Shown here one piece after another: positions 1-10,600 of a stretch of 64,000 nucleotides of DNA. The notes below the pieces were generated by a model, which saw only the letters and a program-made list of their open reading frames with translations, was not told where the DNA came from and did no database searches. Origin of the DNA: Macrostomum lignano. Taxonomy: Eukaryota. The stretch is from assembly GCA_002269645.1 (NCBI GenBank), contig NIVC01001310.1, positions 124,001-188,000 on the forward strand, given 5' to 3'. Position numbers and translations under genes: made by a program. The first letter of the stretch is position 1. The number at the start of each line of letters is the position of its first letter.

Positions 1-1871
1 AAATGGCCGGAAAACTACGTCTGTACGCTACACGCCGAGATTGGCAAAGCAATGGCTCAGGTCATTGTCAACAACTTGCCATGTCGAGCACTACTGGATT
101 CAGGCAGCTCGATCACAGTCATCTCGCAACAATTATGCAACAAGCTACGACTCGCGGTACGACCAGCAGCAATCGCAGTTGCAGGAGCAGGAGGACATTC
201 ACTCAACATCCTAGGAAAAGCAGATATCGACTTGAAAATTGCTAATAAACAGCTGACGGTCCCGACGTACATCATCGACAGACTACCAAACCAAGACGTC
301 ATCGTTGGAATCGACACGTTCAAGCAGCTTCAACTACCATTGACCTTCGACTTCAACAAGCAAACGTTTAGGATCGACACGGTGGAGCAACCGCTGATCA
401 ACCAGATTCGAGTACTACCGAAAGTAACTCTGCAGCAAGATGTCATTATCCAGCCTGAAAGCGCATGCTGGGTCAGAGCGAAAACGACCAGCGCGGCAGA
501 TGAAGCAATGATATTTGATCCACACAGGAGAGTCACGGCAAAACATCAAATCATGATGCCTACGGCACTAGTGCTGGTTGCAAAGGATAAGCAACTGCCA
601 GTACAAATCTTCAACCCGAACACAGAAACGGTTCATCTACGACAAGGAATGTGCATCGGTCATCTCAACACCCAAGCATCGGTTATGCTGATTGAACAAG
701 CGACTCCACGACTAACAGAGGAAGAATTTCAAAAGAAGATCAATTTGGATGACAGCCCGATTACGGAACAGCAAAAGAGGAAAGTTCGACAGCTGTTGTG
801 GAAGTACAACGAAGCCTTCTGCCATCATGATTACGACATCGGACGAGCCAAGGACATCAAACAGGAAATCAAACTTCTGCCGCACACGGAACCAATTCAG
901 TGCAAGCCGTACCCGATCGCCAAGCATCTGCAACAACACTTTGACGAAATCATCGATAAAATGCTAAAGCACGGCATCATCAGCAAAGCTATTTCGGCTT
1001 ACTCCTCACCGTGCCTACTGGTACAGAAGAAGGAGACAAACGAAAGACGACTCGTATGCGACTTCAGACTGTTGAACAAGTACATACCGACGGATCAGCA
1101 AAGCCTACCGAAGATCTCCGAACTACTAGCAAAGCTCAACACGGCAAAATTGTTCACGGTGTTCGACCTACGTCATGGATTTTGGCAAATTGAAATCGAG
1201 AAAGAGTCACGACAGTACACGGCTTTCAAAACCTACAATGGACAAGTATACGAGTACAATCGATCGCCGATGGGACTTAGCAACAGCCCAGCAACGATGA
1301 GTCGACTAACAGCATACATGCTAGCAGGATGCACGAACCTGCTGCACTATGTCGACGACATTTTAGCCTACGGAGAGGATTTCGAGCGACTCTACGAAGC
1401 TACGGAGAAGGCCCTAGCGCTCATTCAACGCCAAGGTCTGAAGCTACAACCAACTAAATGCAAATTCTTCCGAGACAACGTGCGTTACCTGGGACATCAG
1501 GTGACAGCCAAAGGAATCTCACCGGACCCAGACAACGTGGAAAAGGTGAAGAAGTTTCCTACGCCAACCAGTATAACGAAGGTCCAATCATTCCTTGGAC
1601 TTGCGCAATACTTCAGGAAGTTCTTACCTAACTTCGCAAAGACAGCAAAGCCACTGTACGACCTGCTCAAGTTCGACAAATGGAAGCAAGACAACTGGAC
1701 ACAGAGACAACAGGAAAGTTTCGACGAAATCAAACGACAGCTGACATCAGACGCACTGCTACAGCATCCGGACTTCGACAAGCCCTTCATCATCGAGACA
1801 GACGCCTCAGGAACGGGACTCGGAGCAGTCCTACTACAGGAAACCGAGGACAAGAAGGAACGACCTATTGC
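1..1871 (+). CDS. pol: Gypsy pol part 1: aspartyl protease, reverse transcriptase, start of RNase H
   Basis: Frame 1 is open from base 1. Motifs: LLDSGS (protease), RLVCDFRLLN, FTVFDLRHGFWQI, YVDD (RT), FIIETDASGTGLGAVL (RNase H). Homology continues in another frame after RPIA at about 1871. Confidence 0.95.
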
Positions 1872-3560
1872 TACGTCAGTCGAGCACTCAAACCAAATGA
1901 AACAAAGTGGTCAGCTACGGAACGAGAGCTACTAGGAGTCTTGTTCGCCCTGCGACAGTTTCATTACTACATCTATGGTTCTCCAATACAGACGATAGTA
2001 CGCACGGATCATGCACCATTGACCTACGTCGTAACTACAAAAGGACAGACCAACAACCGACTCATCAGAATGACACTCAAGATCCAGGATTACAACTACA
2101 AACTCGTCTACAAACCAGGAATTACCAACAAAGCCGCGGACGCCCTGTCAAGAGCCTATGAAGTCAACGCCATTCATCCAATCCCTAACATCAAGGAGTT
2201 GGTGGATGAAACCGAGCGCGACAACTTCTACCAAGCGGTTAAAGACGACGACAAGAACATCAAACTCAGTCCCATGGAACGAAAATTCCTACGCAAGCAA
2301 CGACAACACCTAACAATCAATAAGTCACGGCTCTACTGGATGAGCGACAATAAACCCAAGATCTACATACCATATTCGTTTCGGCAAGCAATTCTCAACG
2401 AGCTACACGACAACCCACTCGCTGGACACCTGTCGGCAGCAAAGACCATCGCGAGAGTGGAACAATACTACTTTTGGCCAACTATGTACGGCGACATCAA
2501 GCAGTATTGCAACAACTGCCATTCATGTGCTGCATCAAAGACAGGACGACGACAGAAACCGCAGCTACAGTCCATTCCGAAGTCGACTACAATGGACTGT
2601 CTAAGCATCGACATCACCGGACCGCTACCACCGAGCTGTCTCCAGGGCATCGCCTACACCTACATTCTAACCGCCTTGGATATCTTCTCGAAGTTTGCTA
2701 TCGCCATACCGATACCGGACATCACAGCTCAGACAGTGGCAATGAGTTTCTTCAACGAAATCATTTGCAAGTACGGCACGCCGAAGAACCTCACATCGGA
2801 CAACGGATCGCAGTTTACATCGCAACTGTTTCAGCAAGTCGTAAGGATTCTCAACATTACGCAGATCTACACATCGACCTACAATCCGAAGGCAAACATG
2901 GTTGAACGGTTTCACCGCAACCTGCACGAGATGATTACACATTTCGCGCACCAACAGCCGGAAGACTGGATCATCTACCTGCAATCTGTAACAATGGCCT
3001 ACAACAGCGCTATTCATCGATCAACGGACAATACGCCATTCTTCCTAATGTTTGGACGAGACTTCCAACCGCCGAATCTGCTCGCACAGCAATTGCTACC
3101 ATCGCAGTACGTGGAAGTACCGACTTCCATTCAGAAATTCGTCACGCAACTACACCTCGCATGGAAGATCGCCAAGCACAACATTGACAACCAGGTGGCT
3201 CTGACCACCGGCAACGACGCGAGATCGACAACCCTGACGGCCGGCGACATCGTCTACCTACACTACCCGCCACAGCAGACGCATAAACATGCACAGAAGT
3301 ACAAAGGACCCTATCGAGTGGTCCAACTAACGTCACCAACAACGGCACGCCTGGCTAATGTACAAGATCCACATCAGCACCAGTTCTACGTACACATTCA
3401 TCGACTAAAGAAGATCAACACTGACACAGCGACGTTTCTACCGACATTAGACAACGCTGATCGCACGCGTTCAACGAACCGCCACATCGCGACGAAGCAC
3501 GAGGAGACTCAAACGACAGATGTGAGCCAGCCACATGGCTACAACCTACGACCACGCTAG
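1872..3560 (+). CDS. pol: Gypsy pol part 2: RNase H remainder and integrase (HHCC, DDE, GPY/F)
   Basis: YVSRALKPNETKWSATERELL, TDHAPL, NKAADALSR; H-x5-H...C-x2-C zinc finger; SIDITGP / TSDNGSQF / MVERF catalytic motifs; KYKGPYRV; C-terminal GYNLRPR. Confidence 0.95.
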   Translation, partial: YVSRALKPNETKWSATERELLGVLFALRQFHYYIYGSPIQTIVRTDHAPLTYVVTTKGQTNNRLIRMTLKIQDYNYKLVYKPGITNKAADALSRAYEVNAIHPIPNIKELVDETERDNFYQAVKDDDKNIKLSPMERKFLRKQRQHLTINKSRLYWMSDNKPKIYIPYSFRQAILNELHDNPLAGHLSAAKTIARVEQYYFWPTMYGDIKQYCNNCHSCAASKTGRRQKPQLQSIPKSTTMDCLSIDITGPLPPSCLQGIAYTYILTALDIFSKFAIAIPIPDITAQTVAMSFFNEIICKYGTPKNLTSDNGSQFTSQLFQQVVRILNITQIYTSTYNPKANMVERFHRNLHEMITHFAHQQPEDWIIYLQSVTMAYNSAIHRSTDNTPFFLMFGRDFQPPNLLAQQLLPSQYVEVPTSIQKFVTQLHLAWKIAKHNIDNQVALTTGNDARSTTLTAGDIVYLHYPPQQTHKHAQKYKGPYRVVQLTSPTTARLANVQDPHQHQFYVHIHRLKKINTDTATFLPTLDNADRTRSTNRHIATKHEETQTTDVSQPHGYNLRPR

Positions 3561-3680
3561 AGTTTAGAGAACAACCCCGTGTAGTGACCGGGATAAAGAA
3601 TAGCACTACAGCTTCGCAAGCTTGTCGTAAAAGGCGACTAATCCGAGCGACACAAAGACAGCGACAAATTGACGACAATT

Positions 3681-4115
3681 ATGGGCAACGCACTGTCAAA
3701 ACAGGCGCCCCAGCCTCAGCAGCTATATGACTGCCCGATATGTTTAACTGATGACTTGGCTGTCAAGCCACCGACTATTTGCATCAATGGACATAAAGTT
3801 TGCGGACAATGTTTAAGTGATTCACACTATATTCAGCCCTGGCAGAGTTGTCCCCTCTGTAGAGATAGTTTGCGACAATGTGCCTATTGTTATTCTTGGC
3901 GCACGTTTCAATATTGTAACCACCAACATTTTATTTGCATGCACTGTTTGAAGCAAACCGCTAGTAGGGGCATTATAGGATGCCCCTTATGTAATAGTAT
4001 GCCGCGAGACTGCACGTTTCGAAAGTGGTGTCGTATCAAACCTGATGCCACTCGATGTCTACGCGATATTCGAGTTTTGACCGCTATATGTACTGAAAAG
4101 TTTTTAGAGTTTTGA
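3681..4115 (+). CDS. Accessory ORF of the retrotransposon: 144-aa tandem RING-finger protein with N-myristoylation motif
   Basis: ATG at 3681 gives MGNALSK. RING1 is C18-x2-C21-x12-C34-x3-H38-x2-C41-x2-C44-x12-C57-x2-C60. RING2 is C67-x2-C70-x8-C79-x3-H83-x2-C86-x2-C89-x11-C101-x2-C104. The ORF lies between the integrase stop and the PPT. Confidence 0.85.
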   Translation: MGNALSKQAPQPQQLYDCPICLTDDLAVKPPTICINGHKVCGQCLSDSHYIQPWQSCPLCRDSLRQCAYCYSWRTFQYCNHQHFICMHCLKQTASRGIIGCPLCNSMPRDCTFRKWCRIKPDATRCLRDIRVLTAICTEKFLEF

Positions 4116-4228
4116 CCAAACCCTCGCTTCTCTAGACGCGCACAAAATCAATTGTTTATTTCCTATATTACCTGATCACCGCAGAATTTTATTATTTCAT
4201 TGTTAAAACTCGGGACGAGTTTTTTCGT

Positions 4229-4240
4229 AAAAAAGGGAGA
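4229..4240 (+). promoter_or_regulatory. Polypurine tract (plus-strand primer)
   Basis: AAAAAAGGGAGA, preceded by the CTCGGGACGAG hairpin and followed 3 nt later by TGTAG. Confidence 0.8.
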
Positions 4241-4243
4241 TTT

Positions 4244-5107
4244 TGTAGAGTGTTCTACCTCCCGTTAAAAAAGGAAAAAAGAAGATAATCGTATAATACT
4301 ACTATAAGTAAGTAAGTACACGCATGTGCGCCTAAGCTTTGAATGAATCACGCTACCAGAAAAAGATGTTACCAGAATAATACGCCATGAGCCATTTTCC
4401 CCTTTTAGCGCAACACGTGAATTGTCATGATACTATTTTGGATCAAAAACTTGTCTATAAATACAAGCGATCTGAAGCGGTACCGGAGCCATTCTCCCCA
4501 CGGAAGAGGAGCGCTCCGAAGAGGAAGCCTTAGGAGGACTTCCTGATCTACCAAGTCAATCGAGACTCGGTCGAGTTGTTGCGGTAAGCCTTCCTTATTT
4601 GCGCCCGTTGTGTTAGAGACGTCTCGCTCAAGTCTATTGAGACTTGAGTCTAATTGAGTCTGTTGAGACTCTTGAGTCTGTTTAGACTCCATTGGTTGCA
4701 GTCTCCAGAAGGACTGCCCCTGATAGATCTTAGAGGACTATCAGTGGTTTCCGGAGCTATACCTAGAGTGCATAGAGGCACTGCTAGAAGAAGGAGGCTT
4801 AATTTAGACCGCAGTTTGGCGCAGGGTACCCATTGTTGCTACGAGGCCTCTGATTGGTCCTGACGGAAGATACCGGCCGGAAGAACTTATCGGAAGTACA
4901 AGAGGAACCAGGACCAGAGCAACTGAAGAATCAAGGCGCCTGATCTACGAGATCTACTGACAAGTTCCTAGCGAGAACTACTCAAGAAATTCAAATCCGG
5001 ATTAAAGGTAATTGAATACCTTCGTTTGACTTACTGGGTTGCCTAGCTGTTGAGCTAGAAGTGATTGTTCCTTGATTATCGAAAGTCGGGTAATAAGGAA
5101 CACATCA
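4244..5107 (+). repeat. 3' LTR (end tentative; may extend to about 5353)
   Basis: Starts TGTAGAGTGTTC just after the PPT. The candidate end GAACACATCA is partly inverse-complementary to the start. TATAAATA at 4456-4463. The 5' LTR is not in the window for comparison. Confidence 0.6.
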
Positions 5108-5121
5108 GGGGCTGAAAAATG

Positions 5122-5335
5122 TAGCAGGACCAACTGAAGTACATGAAGGAATCTAGCAGGACCAACTGAAGTACATGAAGGAATCTAGCAGGACCAACTG
5201 AAGTACATGAAGGAATCTAGCAGGACTAACTGAAGTACATGAAGGAATCAAGCAGCACCAACTGAAGTACATGAAGGAATCTAGCAGGACCAACTGAAGT
5301 GACTGAAGGAATCTGGCATGACCAATTGAAGGACC
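5122..5335. repeat. 32-bp tandem repeat (TAGCAGGACCAACTGAAGTACATGAAGGAATC), about 6.5 copies
   Basis: Units start at 5122, 5154 and onward with 32-bp spacing. Confidence 0.9.
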
Positions 5336-5426
5336 AATGGAAGAGCGGCGTCAATGGTACTTTGTACTTTTAAACTTTAAGACCCGCATACTGACGGGCA
5401 TACTGGCAGACAAAATTCAAACGTAC

Positions 5427-5770
5427 TTGGAACCCTCTCTGTGCAATTTAAACATCGCCTCGCCAGTGCATTTCGCGTCGCACAATTCGCAGTGAAACTG
5501 CTGCACAGGCGGCCGCTGCGGTGCAACAACAACGCTACTATTGTTCCTACCCAGACCGTTGTTAAGTTTTCGTTTAAACTGCGGCTGTTGCTGTCGATAC
5601 GGCTGCAGCATGTGGGGTGGCGGCGGCCCGCCGCGGTACTGCCGTTTAGCAGAAATCTGCTGACCCTGCTGCTGAAGCATGAGATCGGACACACTCTGCT
5701 GGTTTGTCCCGGGCCCGCTTGGCTTCTTATAGAAGCCGCAATAGGCACTTGATGGCACTGTCACTTCCAT
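5427..5770 (-). CDS. Coding exon of a U1/matrin-type zinc-finger (ZFR-like) RNA-binding protein; downstream exons lie beyond the window start
   Basis: Q/P-rich segment followed by FHCELCDAKCTGEAMFKLHREGSK, then donor AA|GTACGT at 5426. The pattern resembles ZFR finger CELCDVSCTG...H..G.KH. The start at MEVTV (5770) is tentative. Confidence 0.65.
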
Positions 5771-5842
5771 CACGGCCAAGTAGCTTTGTATGGCATGAAG
5801 TTTATATCCTAATGTTTTAAATGTTAAATGCCTTTTTGATAG

Positions 5843-6507
5843 ATCAGTAGATATCCCTAACACCAGCAGATATCCCTAAAATCAGCAGATATCCCTAAAA
5901 TCAGTAGATATCCCTAAAATTAGTAGATATCTCTAAAATCAGTAGATATCCCTAAAATCAGTAGATGTCCCTAAAATCCCTAAAATCAGTAGATATCCCT
6001 AAAATCAGTAGATATCCCTAAAATCAGTAGATGTCCCTAAATTCAGTAGATATCACTAACACCAATAGATATCCCTAACACCAGTAGATATCCCTAAAAT
6101 CAGTAGATATCCCTAAAATCAGTAGATATCCCTAAAATCAGTAGATATCTCTAAAATCAGTAGATATCCCTAAAATCAGTAGATATCCCTAAAATCAGCA
6201 GATATCCCTAAAATCAGTAGATATCCCTAAAATCAGTAGATATCCCTAAAATCAGTAGATATCCCTAAAATCAGTAGATATCTCTAAAATCAGTAGATAT
6301 CCCTAAAATCAGTAGATATCCCTAAAATCAGCAGATATCCCTAAAATCAGCAGATATCCCTAAAATCAGTAGATATCCCTAAAATCAGTAGATATCCCTA
6401 AAATCAGTAGATGTCCCTAAAATCCCTAAAATCAGTAGATATCCCTAAAACCAGTAGATGTCCCTAAAATCCCTAAAATCAGTAGTTATCTCTAAAATCA
6501 GTAGTTA
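5843..6507. repeat. 19-bp minisatellite ATCAGTAGATATCCCTAAA, about 35 copies
   Basis: Direct reading; 19-bp spacing (5881, 5900, ...). Confidence 0.97.
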
Positions 6508-6974
6508 TAAATAATTTTGTAAAAAACAAGCACAATCACCAAACAAATCTATCGTGTATGGATACGCGCATTAAGAATTTATTTTCGTTTACTAAGCAGC
6601 AGAGCACGGGTGCAAACTTGGTGTTTGGAAGCTGCGAGATGTATGTAAAAAAGGCAAAGGAGAAATCATAAATAGCTATAGAATAGCATACATGGGTATA
6701 TATATGCTTTAAGCTTAAAATGCACATGCGTCTGATTTCATAAACAAAGGAAGTGAACGATTGCATACAGAACCGTGCGATTATATAAATTATATTCTTG
6801 CAAAATAGTCTAACAGATAGTTAAAAAAGCGGAACTATGCTACTGAAAAGTAGTTAAGCGTTTATGAAAATTCGCAAAGCTACGTGCAAAGTCAAATACG
6901 AGGGAGAAGCAACGAGATTAATTTGAACTTTTTAAAGGGCACTTAACGTCAAAAGTAATAGTGGATTTCCCGTA

Positions 6975-7622
6975 ATCAGCAGACATTCCCTAATCAGTAA
7001 TCCTCTAATAGACAGATATCCCCTAATCAGAAATCCTCTAATAGACGGACATCCCCTAATCGACAATTCTCTAATAGACAGACATCCCATAATCGACGAT
7101 TCTCTAATAGACAGACATCCCCTAATCGACGATTCTCTAATAGACAGACATCCCCTAATCGACGATTCTCTAATAGACAGACATCCCCTAATCGACGATT
7201 CTCTAATAGACAGACATCCCCTAATCGACGATTCTCTAATAGACAGACATCCCCTAATCAGTAATCCTCTAATAGACAGACATCCCCTAATCGACAATTC
7301 TCTAATAGACAGACATCCCATAATCGACGATTCTCTAATAGACAGACATCCCATAATCGACGATTCTCTAATAGACAGACATCCCATAATCGACGATTCT
7401 CTAATAGACAGACATCCCATAATCGACAATTCTCTAATAGACAGACATCCCCTAATCGACGATTCTCTAATAGACAGACATCCCATAATCGACAATTCTC
7501 TAATAGACAGACATCCCATAATCGACGATTCTCTAATAGACAGACATCCCCTAATCGACGATTCTCTAATAGACAGACATCCCCTAATCGACAATTCTCT
7601 AATAGACAGACATCCCCTAATC
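6975..7622. repeat. 33-bp minisatellite (AATCGACGATTCTCTAATAGACAGACATCCCCT), about 19 copies
   Basis: Direct reading; it produces the spurious IRGCLSIRESS-repeat ORF and abuts the B3GAT stop codon. Confidence 0.97.
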
Positions 7623-7624
7623 AA

Positions 7625-10600
7625 TCACACATGGCCAATCACTGGCGGCAGTGTCAGCCCCCGTTCAGCCAGCAGGGCAACATTATTAAGCTTTGGTGGC
7701 GCTGTTCTGGTGTGCCAGACAAGAATTCTGCTGCAATCGTTGGCCCGAGCTTCCAGGTCAGACTGACGGACGCCCAGGCTGGTTAACAGCAGGCTCTCCT
7801 GTTGATGCGTTGAAACGGCGTAATTATTTTAATTACATACTATTAAGAATCTGCGCATGGTAGATATCCCAAATCAGCAGATATCCCAAACCAGTAGATA
7901 TCCCAAACCAGTAGATTTCCCAAACCAGTAGATTTCCCAAATCAGCAGATATCCCAAACCAGTAGATATCCCAAACCAGTAGATTTCCCAAATCAGCAGA
8001 TATCCCAAACCAGTAGATATCCCAAACCAGTAGATTTCCCAAACCAGTAGATTTCCCAAATCAGCAGATATCCCAAACCAGTAGATATCCCAAACCAGTA
8101 GATTTCCCAAATCAGCAGATATCCCAAACCAGTAGATATCCCAAACCAGTAGATTTCCCAAATCAGCAGATATCCCTAATTAGTAGATATCCCAAATCAG
8201 TAGATATCCCAAATCAGCAGATATCCCAAATCAGTAGATATCCCAAATCAGCAGATATCCCAAATCAGTAGATATCCCAAATCAGCAGATATCCCAAATC
8301 AGTAGATATCCCAAATCAGCAGATATCCAATTATACAATTTCAAATGGATACTCAAATGACTAGAGCTAGCTAATGCGAGCAAATCCGATACCTGAAATC
8401 CTCTTTCAACCTTGTAGGCCAGTTTGGCTGCCGGTCGCTCATGCAGCAGCTGCAAATTGATGGCGAAGCCGGCCATGTCCAGGGGAAACTGGCGGTGCGG
8501 CTTGAACGCGACAATCCAACCCTGTTTTTGAGGTTGTGGAGTTTTTAATGCCAGTTCTTTGTGTACTTTTTAAATGCATTTGTGAGTACGTCATGGCTGT
8601 GGAAGTGTGGTAGCCTAATGGCTGTGGGAGTGTGCTAGCCTAATGGCTGTGAGAGTGTGGTAGCCTAATGGCTGTGGAAGTGTGATAACCTAATAGCTGT
8701 TAGAGTGTGGTAGCCTAATAGCTGTGAGAGTGTGGTAGCCTAATGGCTGTGAGAGTGTGGTAGCCTAATAGCTGTGAGAGTGTGGTAGCCTAATGGCTGT
8801 GAGAGTGTGGTAGCCTAATGGCTGTGAGAGTGTGGTAGCCTAATAGCTGTGAGAGTGTGGTAGCCTAATAGCTGTGAGAGTGTGGTAGCCTAATGGCTGT
8901 GAGAGTGTGGTAGCCTAATAGCTGTGAGAGTGTGGTAGCCTAATGGCTGTGAGAGTGTGGTAGCCTAATGGCTGTGAGAGTGTGGTAGCCTAATGGCTGT
9001 GAGAGTGTGGTAGCCTAATGGCTGTGAGAGTGTGGTAGCCTAATGGCTGTGAGAGTGTGGTAGCCTAATGGCTGTGAGAGTGTGGTAGCCTAATGGCTGT
9101 GAGAGTGTGGTAGCCTAATGGCTGTGAGAGTGTGGTAGCCTAATGGCTGTGAGAGTGTGGTAGCCTAATAGCTGTGAGAGTGTGGTAGCCTAATGGCTGT
9201 GAGAGTGTGGTAGCCTAATGGCTGTGAGAGTGTGGTAGCCTAATAGCTGTGAGAGTGTGGTAGCCTAATGACTATTCTGGTAGCCTAATGACTATTCTTG
9301 TAGCCTAATGACTATTCTGGTAGCCTAATGACTATTCTGGTAGCCTAATGACTATTCTGGTAGCCTAATGACTATTCTTGTAGCCTAATGACTATTCTTG
9401 TAGCCTAATGACTATTCTTGTAGCCTAATGACTATTCTGGTAGCCTGATGACTATTCTGGTAGCCTGATGACTATTCTGGTAGTCTAATGACTATTCTGG
9501 TAGTCTAATGACTATTCTGGTAGTCTAATGACTATTCTGGGAGCCTAATGACTATTCTGGTTGCCTAATGACTATTCTGGGAGCCTAATGACTATTCTGG
9601 TAGCCTAATGACTATTCTGGTAGCCTAATGACTATTCTGGTTGCCTAATGACTATTCTGGGAGCCTAATGACTATTCTGGTAGCCTAATGACTATTCTGG
9701 TAGCCTAATGACTATTCTGGTAGAGTAAGAGCTAGCTATTTTGTAGCTAAATAATATGAAAAACGATGCCTTAAAGAACAGAATGTACTTTTAATAACGC
9801 AATAAACCAACGCCGGCTTACTAGTACTCGACCATGAGCACAGCGAATTCCCTCGTACAGCAGGCCGCCAGCAAAGGCTACAGGCCATACCGATACTCGC
9901 CGAGTAGCCCTAATCTCGTCAAACAATCGCACATCATAGGTATTGTCATCGTCAGCTATGTACATAACGCCAGTTCTAGACGGATCGTTGCGTAACCATT
10001 CGAAAGCCAAATTGCGCTGTCTGACACCCTTCGGCCGCCACCAATAGGGCTCAGTTGACTTGAGCTTCTCATCCTCTGGTGTGGCCACGTATAGATGAGT
10101 ATAAGAAAGCACACCGCAGTTCCCAATGGTGTCGGCAACCAGAGACGATGGAGAATCGGCGTCTTCTACAACTAGCCAGTGAATTGCAGGCACTCTGGCG
10201 AGGGTGTTGCAGAGTCTAGTGAGTTCAGCTCGCTGCTCAGGTCGCCTAGAGTTAAGGTTGAGACATTGTTGCGTAACTAAGGCAGAAGTCCGTAGGGAAA
10301 CGCTTAAATTTTTTTACCAGTGTACACTTGGCAACGTGTTAAAGTTTCCACCCCGAAACGGGGGTTTCATAACTCCGAAAAGCAGCTTGTTTTCATATCT
10401 CCGACACTTCATGTCTCCGACACTTCATAACTCCGACACTTCATAACTCCCGACACTTCATGTCTCCGACACTTCATATCTCCAACACTTCATGTCTCCA
10501 TCACTTTCATATCTCCGACACTTCATGTCTCCAACACTTCATATCTCCGACACTTTCCTATCTCCGACACTTTCATATCTCCGACACTTTCATATCTCCG

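Larger units (their letters stand above)
1..5107 (+). mobile_element. Ty3/Gypsy LTR retrotransposon, 3' portion (5' end outside window)
   Basis: Domain order protease-RT-RNaseH-integrase, followed by an extra ORF, the pre-PPT hairpin AAAACTCGGGACGAGTTTT (4205-4223), a purine tract (4229-4240) and a TG-starting LTR at 4244. The right boundary is uncertain. Confidence 0.93.

Noticed and set aside
6932-7624. 230-aa ORF of IRGCLSIRESS repeats
   Set aside because: Artefact of a 33-bp (3n) minisatellite with no stop in that frame.
5843-9723. CRISPR-like arrays
   Set aside because: Contiguous tandem units with no unique spacers, no cas genes and a eukaryotic context.
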